A DNA stretch of 61,583 nucleotides, filler included, from Sphacelaria rigidula (taxonomy: Eukaryota): NCBI GenBank assembly GCA_964200075.2. It is 8 parts of 8 records of this genome, joined end to end, with 100 filler letters (N's around TTAATTAATTAA, not from the genome) between each part and the next. Parts side by side here need not be neighbours in the genome. Positions count along the whole stretch, not along the records: positions 46,264 to 53,873 come from CAXNAA020014101.1; positions 53,974 to 61,583 come from CAXNAA020014102.1; 6 more parts are not named here. The stretch is one strand, 5' to 3'. A program made the position numbers and the translations under genes. The notes under the pieces were generated by a model. The model was given only the letters and a program-made list of their open reading frames with translations. It ran no database searches and was not told where the DNA came from. Positions 50,901-61,583 of this stretch are shown one piece after another. Each line of letters begins with the position of its first letter. The stretch's first letter is position 1.

Positions 50901-53495
50901 TAAGTTCCATCAAAATTATGTCATTTTACATTCCCACTGCCTGGCACCGTCGTGCTAATGTAATCCATCTCACTGGGGACATGCCTGATGAATCCTGTGA
51001 ACAGATAATAGACTATACTTTGACGTCAAGCAGCAACTTTCCAAGAATAATAGACTATCACTGAATGTTCCAATTTGTGTTCTGCTGAGAGGTCATATCG
51101 ATGCCCCTCTCGACTCGAATGGTTCCCGCTCGGTTGGTGGGCGGACTGCTATATTTTCCTATCCGCACCGACCACCATTTGCCGCTAACATTGCAGGGGG
51201 TTACGACATGGAGTGCATCGAAACCACAACGTTCAGTCTAGCCGTTGGCGAGTCAGCATCATGCTTTCCGAGCATCACCATCACAAAAGAACACATCGAC
51301 GCTGGATTTTTATCGGGCACTGTCACGTAAGTGGGAACTCCGAGATGAACACACTTTTGTTTTGGTTAAAACTTCATCATTACTGCCTCGAGGCAGAATT
51401 TGGTTCCTTCGAGTCATTTTTCATCCCATCTACTCCCTCGAGAGGAGCCCGAGCTTTTAGGCGATCAACGAATCTTTCTCGCGGTACATGCCTGACATTT
51501 TGATATCGCTGATTGAACCAACGTTCTTGCATGGCGTCGACCCTCGTCAAATGTATCATTGTTCGCTTCTCACTCTCTCACGTTTTCAACGGCTAAGATT
51601 ATATACTCCTTACATGCCTGATTTGCCTGGATTCAAACCCTCATCTCCGCGTTAGACCATTTAATGGCGCAAGAGTTCATTCAACCCACCGGGCATGGTG
51701 GCTGCTTCGGCACTCTACTAGAGATCCTAAACAACCATGAGATGGCGGTTAACTGCCGGGTAGTGGTGGGAATGCTTCATATCCTCGGGATGTTTCCACT
51801 GAGCAATGCTACGGTAGGGGTGCACTTTTTTCGCGACATTTGGTCTGGGGCAGGGGTGCCTAACGGTTCTAGAAGCACAAGAAAATAGGTCAGGGCATCC
51901 TTGTTCGCAGATTAATTGGGGATATTCCCAGCACATTGAAATAGTAATCCTGGCGTACTCTCGCATATTTTCACAAGTCGTGTTTTGGATGAGATAAATG
52001 GCTCCTAACAGTTCTAACCTCAGAAAATATTTGTGTACTCCTACCGTAGCATCACTCCATTCCTCTTCCATGTAGTAGTACTTTCTGGCCCCTGCATTCC
52101 TCGACTCGCTTCCTACGCTGCACAATACGGCTCTCCGTAATCCTCCTCAGGGTGACCTCTGCCGCTCCGCTCGAAACAACTCTGGAAGCTTGGAACTACT
52201 CCTTCCCAGAACTAGCCCGTGTCTCGGGTTTAAACGTCACCTCCGCAACCGCGCTTGTTGATGGCGATGGAGAGGCCGGGTCAGCCCCCGGTGATCTAAT
52301 TCGGCACGATATCGGCGTGACGAACTGGGGCAGCGTTACCCTGACGTGGCTAAATATCTCAGACTCGTTGTTGACTAGCGTTCAGGACAGGTGAACAGCA
52401 AAAACTAGAAGCTGAAACAAAGGTTGTCTGTAGTTGTATGAACACTACCATGTTGCTCCCGCCGTGCCGCACGACATAGGTCGAAGAAGATTTAACAAAT
52501 CGACTGAGTCTGGAAAGCTCAGTCGAAGTCGCTGTGCGTCGAATGCCTGTCGATGTTGACCATGGTCTTCGTGTGCTTAAAAAGCCAGTCTTCACCTGCT
52601 TAGGTTTGATTACGTTCGAAGTAGAACGAGCACGAGTTCTAGATGTAAGGCCACAAGGGTACGCCGTTTCCTCTGCGCTGTCACGCGACTTCGTGATGTC
52701 GTGGAGTCGTATGTTGAGATATGAGTAGTTCGGGCCGTTGCGCTTTCACACAGAGTATTCGAACCATGTTTATAGAACATTAGACTTCTTGTCAAGCGCA
52801 CGAACAGTGATACTTTGATCAGGTTTCTGCTTCCCTTGATGCAGGTGCTGGACATGCGAGTAGTGGTTTGTTTCTGTCATCGGTTTGCACCCAATATCAA
52901 CCACATATTCATAAACCAGCGAACGATATTCGGACTACCGTCCGCCGTCGTCTATCCCCACCTCACATGGAGGAGTCACGCTACGATAGCGGGGGGGGTG
53001 TATTTTGGACCGTTTTCTTCCACGAAATTCCACTTCACTCTCCGTTGAAAGCAGCCAACAGATGTTCGAACGGGCTTGCTCCCGATAAATATATCGCTCA
53101 TTCATGCTGCTACACACAGCTTTACCCAAATACAAACGCGCCGCGAGTGTTCTGGGTCCTTTGACGCATCGATGAGCAGATGTTTTCGTGGAATCAAACA
53201 CCCCCCCCCCCCTATCGTAGCATGGCTCGGAGACGGAATGAAAGATGTTTTTCGCCTCTCCCCGATTTTCTTGTTTTGCCACCTATCGACTATGGCAACC
53301 GTGCATATGGAAATGAGAAACGAGTTTGTCCCCAGACCTAGACCGATGATCTCGAACTGAATTTGAAATAACATTGATGGTGCCTCCGCTTGTCGAACCT
53401 GCAGCTACCCGGATGCCGAGATAGTGTGCTCGCCATCCGTCCTCGGGCTCTCGCTTGCTCCAGGGGGGGCTATCCTGTGCTCCGCCTCCTACCAG
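47904..53495 (+). CDS. Partial multi-exon gene for a protein with tandem DUF11/DUF7507-like ('conserved repeat domain') Ig-like repeats; exons 47904-48224, 48691-48807, 49270-49435, 51197-51326, 52151-52390, 53405-53495
   Basis: Six exons with AG/GT boundaries and compatible phases (0,0,1,2,2,0) join without stops. Three repeats of the motif are visible: SDTIEYELVIANTGLLDV, GDTIDFVITATNDGNVDLNTVSLTD and GDLIRHDIGVTNWGSVTLTWLNISD. Each is followed by C...L(P/A)xG..xxC (LPAGGFVTC, LAVGESASC, LAPGGAILC), and the first two by INAG/IDAG. Start and stop were not found and are probably outside this fragment. The family name comes from motif recognition, not a search. Confidence 0.85.
49567..49852 (+). 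mobile_element. tRNA-derived SINE (family 1) with TSD CATGGAT, intronic
   Basis: A-box-like CGGTTCAGTTGG, degenerate B-box GAGTTTAAAC and an (AC)n tail. TSD at 49560-49566 and 49853-49859. The body is homologous to 27838-28160 and 61324-61583. Confidence 0.8.
51801..52057. mobile_element. MITE with related TIR (GAGCAATGCTACGGTAGGGGTGCAC), TSD CACT/CATT
   Basis: 24-bp imperfect TIR, right end GTGTACTCCTACCGTAGCATCACTC. GAG...CTC ends, 3/4 TSD match, intronic. Confidence 0.75.
52973..53228. mobile_element. MITE with GAG...CTC termini and 4-bp TSD GGAG (Sola-like)
   Basis: TIR GAGTCACGCTACGATAGCGGGGG / CCCCCCTATCGTAGCATGGCTC, with GGAG directly on both sides. It lies in an intron of the repeat-protein gene. 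Confidence 0.8.
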
Positions 53496-53973
53496 GTCTG
53501 TAACATGCCCGTCATAATTCCATGACCTCGCCACCAGGGATAGCGGAGACGGGCACAAAGAATGAACGTGATCCACACAGGACAGTAGTGCTGGTCAAGT
53601 ACCGAGTATTATTATTGCGGTCAGTCGCTCAAGTTCCCCAAAATCCACGCTTACTCGTACCGCCGCGCTGGGCGCTCGCAGTGTATGCTTGGTAGGTTGC
53701 GTTGCATCGGGTTCGGTGATTTGTTTTGTTTTTTTCCCTCACACTTTGAATCTTTCCCCTTCCTCGGGATGAGTCCGTGATCTCGAGGGATCAACCCATC
53801 TCTCCCCCGATACGCGCCTTGCATTTTGGTCTCGCGGATTGGGTCATGACTATCAGCACTCCCGCACCGCGTCNNNNNNNNNNNNNNNNNNNNNNNNNNN
53901 NNNNNNNNNNNNNNNNNTTAATTAATTAANNNNNNNNNNNNNNNNNNNNNNNNNNNNNNNNNNNNNNNNNNNN

Positions 53974-54038
<65 letters not shown>
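53974..54038 (+). repeat. (AAT)n microsatellite at a fragment start
   Basis: Direct reading of the sequence. Confidence 0.95.
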
Positions 54039-54039
<1 letters not shown>

Positions 54040-57000
54040 TGCGCAATCCCTCGTATGAGTGCAAATATTCGCCGAAAATATCGAAACCTTCGGGCATAAA
54101 TGCACCCATTCCCCCGTATTTGGCTGGATATTTTCCTGCTTGACGCGTGAGGGACGCGTGCGACCGATCACGCATTTGGTCACCCGCAGCCGACACATTG
54201 ACTTGACTACGCATCAAGTGCCAGATCATGGGGGTGAAACATTAGGTTCGTATCAGTTCTGCAGGCTGCCCACCCACCGTAACTCTCTTGTCTGCACCTC
54301 TTCGCCTGCGCAACGTTTGCAGTTGAGCCGCTCAGCTTGTTCCTTCAATGGGTCGCTGTGATACAGCTCTTCGCGTTTCATCTCGCTACTTTGCACGGAT
54401 CAACCTTTCCTTGTTTCACAACGCCGGGTCGACACCTACTTTTTGCACTGCCTCTGGCATTTTGCAGCTTGAATATATGTACACTGCTTTCGAGAGCATA
54501 TGTTTTAGACTTGGTGTTCGCTGCAGCCGTACCAAGTCCAAATCTCATACCCGCTCGTTGCCTGTTATGATCAACCCCCTTTGGTTGCATCTCGTCGCTT
54601 AGGTCCTCCTATACTCGCACCATGCACAGAAAATCTGTGGCATCGGAGTTTCCACCGTCTCTCTTCGTCTTGTCGCCAGCGTCAGCCTAACCCGCCCTTT
54701 CATCCGCCTCAGCCCCTGCGCAATCAATCGTAGCTGCTACTTCCTTTCGCCGCACCTTTTCACTGCCGTCCAGCAGCGAGTACTCAGGCCGCCGCCTTTC
54801 TACTGACCACCCATCCCCCGCCGTCTCCTGGAGCATAAGTTGCTCCGCGGTGTCAAATTTGAAGGGTTGTAGGTCGGCTGACCGCGCTGTGCACACTGTC
54901 CGCGCCATGGCTTGATACGCCGCTAGGCGCTGATCATCGGCAGAGGCATTCTGTCGGGCTGCCACGACCTCCCGAGCGTCGTTCCTGAATTTAAAGAGTT
55001 CCCCCAACCCCTTCCTTCACGATCACTACGATGCTTTCCCCAAATACCATGGCGCCATGCGCATTATCAGCCACACGGCGCGCGTCGGGGAAGAGCACAA
55101 GACGCCCACTGCCTCGGCGGGCATGCACGGCGGACCCGCTACTGCGGTTCCTTTCGGCAGTAGAGAAACCGCTTGCGTAAGCTACTCAGGCGTGAATTCC
55201 GCAGTGGACGGGTGCTCCTTGCTCGACCTTTACCCGTCGTGGTCCCTGCGAAGGCCCCGCCACTATCTGCATGGTTGCACAGTACTATCCGTGGAGCTGT
55301 TGCACACTAAAACCCGAAATCTGCAAAGCTTTTTTTATTGCGATTGCTGTCGGTGTCGTCGCCGGCAAATGGAGAGGGTAACGCTATTACAGGTCCCCAG
55401 CCGCCGCGTGTGTGGCGGAACCAACGTGGGTTCGATTCTCGCCGGATGCTTTCGGGTTTTCCCTGCGAAGAATCTGATGTCTATCGTTAAAAGCGTTAGG
55501 ACGTGACTAGCAACAAGAATTGACTATTATCACTAGGTTTGCTTCGTGAGTGGACGCGGTGCGGGAGTGCTGACCCAAAATCCGCGAGACCAAAATACAG
55601 GACGTGTTCCGGGGTAAAGATCGGTTCATCCCTTGGCTGCACGGGCTCGTCTCGAGGAAGGGGAGGGATTCAAAGTGTGACGAAAGAAAAATAGAGGGTA
55701 GAACTTGTGGATACTGAAGACTAGAGGTAATTACGTATTCATGGAAGGTAGACGGGGCGTTCGATGCCGACCTGTTGGCCATGGACGTGTCCGCGCAAGG
55801 GGTTCGCGAGGAAAAGAGGGTGCAGGTAGGCAATGACCGCTCTTCCCACGGTATGCGTGCCCGGATGCACCAATGGTGGACATATTGGTGCAGGACATGG
55901 CGGAAAACCCACGATCACAGGAGCAGGCATTTGGCTTTAGTTTCCTGCCGGTTTGCATGGTCGGAGTAGTTTTGCAGGACATGCGCTATTGCCAAGCGCG
56001 AGTAGTAAAGTGTTGCCGGCAGAGAACGTTGACTGGTATCCGTGGTAGCAGTCGTGCGGAGCGATGACGCTTCTTCGTTAGGCCATCACGTAAGCAGCAA
56101 GCAGCCAATCGCCCAGCCTTTTGTATCTGCGGTGTGAGGCATGACTGCGGTGGAAGCGTAAGTGGATTTGGACAACAAAATAAAAGTAAAATTAAACCCT
56201 GCGCTTGATCGCTGATGCCGGTGTGTAAAACTTGCAGAGGTGGTCGCAGATATGGACCAGACGGCAGGCTACGGGGTGGCATACCGCCCGTCTTGTGTGA
56301 AGTATATGTATGCCTGCGACATGACCAAAGTACACACAGATGCTGTCAGCATTGTGGGGGTACCGGCGGCGATGGTGCAGTCATCGCCGCGGCCGACAGG
56401 GGGAAACCCGTCAGAAGTTGATGAGGAATGGCTGAAGAAAAACTCGCTGAGTTCGAGGAGGAGAGAATCGGCGAGGTCGGTCAAAGGCGAAAGAATGTTG
56501 TGGGAGACGCGTCCGACAGATTCTTGCGGCACCGTCAAGGGGGCGCTGTAGGGTGGGAGAGCGCCGCGCCAGAGGAGGTGGTAGACTAGCTGGCTTTTCG
56601 AAATTAGCGGGAGAGGTATTGGCAGCATGGGCATGTGCTTGAAGCCGGACGTTCGATGTGTAGAGCGTTACGCGTGCATGTCGCTGAATAAGCAGTATAC
56701 ATGCTCGTATATATATATATATATATTGCTCTGCGTCGCATCGCACTTCCAATTTTCCTATATCCTTTCTTACATTGGAATGGAATGGAAAAGGGACAGA
56801 AAATACAGACGCCCTCAATGAAGAAAAGCAAGAATGGCATACAAGCAGAAGAAGGGACGGAAAGAAAGTATGGGCCATAGATTGACGATGAAAAACATTT
56901 CGCGCATCGCACCACGCAAATTCCAGACACTATCGTTCTAGTCCGAGTGACGTCGTTCCACGTGCGCAAGGGCGCGACAGCGAAAACGCTATACTACTTT

Positions 57001-59803
57001 TGTACTGTATTAGCAAAGCACAGCTGCCTACTGTGCTCGCGAGTACAGCCCGCCGTCCTTGTAACCTATACAAAACAAAATAACGATCCACCTTCACCTT
57101 TTATGATGACCGGCCGCGCGTCGTATTTTTTAATTCGAGAGCCCACGTTTTTGTAAATCTGCTTTTTCAATTCGAGAGCCCACGTTTTTAAACCTACGGC
57201 ACGTTACGGATGTTCGCAAACAAAGTGAAGCCTTCACGTAGTCAAAAGTGATACCCTCTGCATCTGCACCCACCACTGCCATGTACGTGCATCTGCATGT
57301 GGCCTCGAACCCTACAGTGAAGACGGTGTAGCACTGTACTGTATTGGCAAAGCACAGCGACCTACTGTGCTCGCGAGTACAGCCCGTGCTTTTAACCTGG
57401 CGCTGCTGTATTGTTGTTCTTGCAAAGTACAGCCCGTGCTTGTAATGTGGCACTACTGTATTGTCTGTGCTTGCTTTCATCCAAAAACCAACTCGAAAAT
57501 TGCCCGTGAGCACGCCACGATTGGCAAAAAAACGCGGTGAATGGGGTAAGTGTGTACAAACAGAATCGGTCAGCACATCTTCCATGTTCTTACCGTTTCC
57601 CTTGAACAGTGCGGATATGCTGCACCGCCAGGGTACTGCTTGCACCCGTCAGCATGACGGCTGCTGCCGTTGGCATCGGCGCCAGCGCTCGCGGCCCCGG
57701 CAAGATTAATTTTGCAGCAAGAGAAGCTGATGCATACTCAAACTGTTGTATACAGTTCGTCTTCAGGTTCTAAAATTAGAAAACACTGCAGAACTGCCGG
57801 GTTGTCCGGTGTTCAGTGTAGTACTCTGCACTTCATATACCACTGCAGAGTTGTCTTGTGCTGAGTGTACCACCCTGTACTCCAGTTAATGGGGTCATGT
57901 TTTGAGTGGTTCTTGAAAAGTTCTGTTTGTTTTTTCAAAAGTTCTCGAAAAGTTCTGCTCGTCTTTCTGTCTCAGAAATCCAATACCGTATCTGGAATAG
58001 CCTGAGACAACAACCAATTTGAAAATTGGAACATATCCAAGCTGAAATATGTGTACTCGACAATTCTTACAAACAGCGAAGAACGGTCGGTAACGGAGCA
58101 CAGAGGGAAGCTCTATGCGAAAAAATTGGCGTTCACGACCGCAGAACAAGTGCAGGCGGGATTTACCGCCGAGCAGGCGGTGCTTCTGTTGCGCCCCGAT
58201 TTAGAGGCTATCATGCGAGAGATTCGGGTGCAGTTAGGCTCGTGCAATATTATCGCGGGAGCGGGATGCGCTGGCCAGAGATATGCCATTATTCACGGCA
58301 GTGTGAAGGAAGGCGGGGCGTGGAAGGGGGTTGAAGCACATGCTGGCAAGCTTCGTGTTGTGGTTGCCAGATAATGAGGCGGTGGTGTTCCAATCTTCTG
58401 TTTCACCAAAACGCTGCGGGGAGAGTCGAAGCAATCATGCCATGTTGCGACAGGCAGGAGTATATGCTCGACGCGTGTGGTTTGCAGCCACTAGAGCAGT
58501 GTGCGCAAGCCATGCGATCGTGCGGGTGCAGCGCGAGTCAGGGTTGGATTTTTCCGGAGGTCCATGTTGCAGGAGATCTCGGCCAGGGAAAAGATCGGGG
58601 CTTCATCCGCATAAATAGCGGGGAGGGGTAGTGGGGAGGAGGGGTAAGTTTACTGTGCATACATGTAGAGTGGGAGCAGCAGTCGGAAGATCGATACGTA
58701 CAGCAAGCGAGGACACTGTGACGGCTTTGTTGGGAGCGGATTAGAAGTCGAGCCTGATAGGTTCTATAGATACACACAGCACGCAGTGCCTCTAGCGGGA
58801 AGCGCGGACAGGGCTTTTGACAGCACGGGGGCGGTGTGCTCGGACATGAATAACAACGCAACCAGGCTGGCTCCGGCCGTAGGTTTTTTTCCTTGCGAGG
58901 TATATAAGATGCCGCTTTGGCAGATAGGCAGGCAGGTTCAGTACCAGTCGGTCCAGACAAGTATGGGTGAGGCTCGCGACGGCACGGGAAACGTTTGGGC
59001 GTGGGTGTCAACAGTGGTAGGAGGGCTCGTTCCACTCCGATACCGACAGGACAGCAAGCGCGAAATGGAGCGTGCACACGACAAATGCTTCGCAGTACTC
59101 TGTGGTCATTGCTACAGAGGGCGGCAATATAACCAGCTCAGACCTAGTGGGGAAACGGTGACCGATTTTGGCTACACCGCCCGCCCACGTCTACAATTGG
59201 AACTTCGCACCAATTATTACTAGTGTGGTGTTCATGTCTCCTCTTCTTGTCAGTTAGTGCGGAATGAATCTGTGAGTGCAACAAGCACGGCTGTGGTTGT
59301 ACCCACTCTGCCTGAACTCATCTGAGTCAATCTTATCTATTATTGGTTACCCTTGTTGGCTTAATCGTTTGGTGAGTCAATTCATCCCTTCCTCTCTTGG
59401 GCACGGTCCTTGGTGCTCTCAGATCGCGCACTATTGGTGTCTCTACGTGTACATGGGTTGGTTTCCACAGACTGGCTATGCACTACTCAGTTCTTCTGTG
59501 CGGTACTTCCGAAACGCCTGCGATGATCGAGGTTCCGATCGTTCCGGGATCCGGCACTTTCTTCAACCTCGTGTGTCCTCAAGCCGTGCTCGGCCTTTTC
59601 CAGCAGACCTTTTTGCATGATCGCCTTTGAATCGTCGCCTGCCGGGGGTTCGCGAGACGGCACCTCCCGAGCGAAACGAATGCATAGATTGATGTGATGG
59701 ATTGATTGTCGCACTTCAACTGACCCCCCAGGGGTCCAGCTGTGGTCTCATGATATGCGTACTCAAGAAAAACGAAACTGAAACGCATAGAGAACGGGCA
59801 TTT

Positions 59804-60057
59804 GGGTGATCCTACGATAGGGGGGCGAGGTGTTTGATTCCACGGAAAACACGGGCTCGTAGGCGTGTCAGACGGCCTGACACATCGCGGTGTGATTATA
59901 TTTGAGTTGAAACGGTTTCAGACAGCGTGAATGAGTGTGTCTTATTGGTAGGGAGGGAGTTGGAACAGAGGTTGCTGCTTTTCACGACGATTTGAAGTGA
60001 CATTTTCGCGGAAGATGCCCCCAAATATCCCCCGCCCCTCCTATCGTAGGATGACTC
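59804..60057. mobile_element. Second, diverged and oppositely oriented copy of the 52973-53228 MITE
   Basis: GGGTGATCCTACGATAGGGGG...CCTCCTATCGTAGGATGACTC. Internal GTGTTTGATTCCACGGAAAACA is close to the reverse complement of 53181-53201. The TSD is degraded. Confidence 0.75.
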
Positions 60058-60728
60058 AGTGGATTTCTACACCCTTTCCTCGCTGCCTGAGCACGGCGGT
60101 CATCTGAGCGGCCGATGTCGGTGCCGATCCGCCTTCTGGGGTCGCTGTTGGAGAACCTTTTCGGATGAACGGATAGCTTTGTGTCATGTTCTACCCCCAT
60201 GGGTGTTCCTACCGCCACCCACTGTTCCATTACTGGGACAGGGCATGTTGCAGGGTAGATGTCATCATACGGTACTGTACGCGTTTGATCTATGCCTCCT
60301 CGTGGTGCTATTTTTACACCAGAAGCTGAGCATAAAACCGCTATGGTTGGAGAGTCTGAGAAGGCGTTGAGGAGGGTTCTCGTGAGCTCGTCCCCGCGCT
60401 TGGTGGTGCTTAACGCTACGAGGCGATGTGACGGGCCAGGAGAACCTGTGCCGTCGCGCCCCGAGTACATTTGTAGAGCTGACCCCATTGGGGTTTTCAA
60501 CCCAAGGAGGTGGCTGTGTAACAGAATCGATGTTTATTTGACTAGTACTCCCGCTTTCTTCTATTGACAGAGTGGTCTCCACCACTTGATCAGCTTACTC
60601 CAAGCAAAAGCGCCCAAGGACCTCGTGCAGCGCGAACGTCTCACTGACATTGATGTGTGTTGTCACCCATTCGACTGGGGATTCTGCAGCTGCTGTGAAG
60701 GTGACGCATGAAGGTGCCTCGAACAACG

Positions 60729-60767
<39 letters not shown>

Positions 60768-61323
60768 CCCCCGCCCCCCCGGCGCCGCGCGCGGGGGGGG
60801 GGGGGGGGGGGGGGCGCGGCGGNNNNNNNNNNTGTGTGTTTGCCCCCATTCGAGGGGGGTTTCCGCACCTGCGGGGGAGGGGACGGGTGGAGGGCCCCCG
60901 AACAACGCCCCCCCCCCCCCCCCCCATGCCAGTCAGGAGGCGTCTGTCGCGCCCCGGAGGTCGATGATGTGGTGAGATGGGTTATACCAGGCCGCACCAT
61001 ATATGTTGTCTCGGCGTTGCTGCCATGTAGCTACCTCGGTTCGGATACCACCAGTAGCAGAGAGTTCTGTCGTTGCTGTGATGTGTCTCCCTCCCGTCTT
61101 CCGGTGTTGTGTGATTTGTCTGCACATGCGGAGCGTGTACAAGCTAGCTTCCGCTACGGCTACTGACATGCTGATCCACTTTCTCGCTAGCTTGTCAAGC
61201 GTGGTGAAAGAAGTAATCCCAGCAGCAAGCGCGTCGTCCAAGATGCCCTCTAACTTTACGAGGTTACGCCCATCATGTGTTCATGGTTGGATCCCTGGAG
61301 ATCAGTGAATGTTCGACACTCAA

Positions 61324-61583
61324 TGTGTGTGTTGTGTGTGTGTGCTGTCGTCCCATCTATTCTGGGCGCCGGTCTACACCTTTCGGTACATGTGGGCGCA
61401 CCAGCCGGGGTCACACAGGAGGTAGGTCAACACAGGAGCTTTTTTCTTATTTTTTCAATTTGTTTCGAGTACCCCACCTTCCTTCTGCGGTGCTTGTCTT
61501 TCTTTCTTATCGCGAGAGGGGTTCAGCAGTCCCTTTCCCTCGTTGACCGTTAAGTCGAATTTTGTGTACCCACGACATAATCG
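61324..61583 (-). mobile_element. SINE family 1 copy, head cut off by the window end
   Basis: (TG)n tail, then GTCGTCCCATCTATTCTGG...CCAGCCGGGGTCACACAGGAGG...GTTAAGTCGAATTTTGTGTACCCACGACA, the reverse complement of the 49680-49852 region. Confidence 0.8.

Noticed and set aside
60730-60930. Pro/Gly-rich ORFs and G-quadruplex-like tract
   Set aside because: Long C/G homopolymers around an N gap, probably low-quality assembly.

Overview
Repeat-rich eukaryotic DNA, most likely from a brown alga (Phaeophyceae, stramenopile). This is inferred from the stramenopile-type H3 sequence, the divergent H3/H1 pair, short exons in long GT-AG introns, and the SINE/LINE content. The window is not one locus. 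It consists of eight fragments of 7610-7612 bp joined by identical 100-bp spacers (N44-TTAATTAATTAA-N44), so adjacency across spacers has no biological meaning. Well-supported genes are an intronless histone H3, a divergently transcribed two-intron histone H1, and six phase-consistent exons of a gene encoding bacterial-type DUF11/DUF7507-like Ig-fold repeats. H3 and H1 carry an identical non-canonical 3' stem-loop (GGTGTT-TACTC-AACACC). Most of the rest is mobile DNA: an internally deleted hAT element with a perfect 8-bp TSD, a family of GRG...CYC elements with 4-bp TSDs (Sola-like), PIF/Harbinger MITEs, foldback hairpins, tRNA-derived SINEs, LINE fragments, a non-coding repeat sharing the LINE's oligo(C) 3' tail, and three unrelated 41-42-bp minisatellites. 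All alignments were done by eye and no database searches were run.
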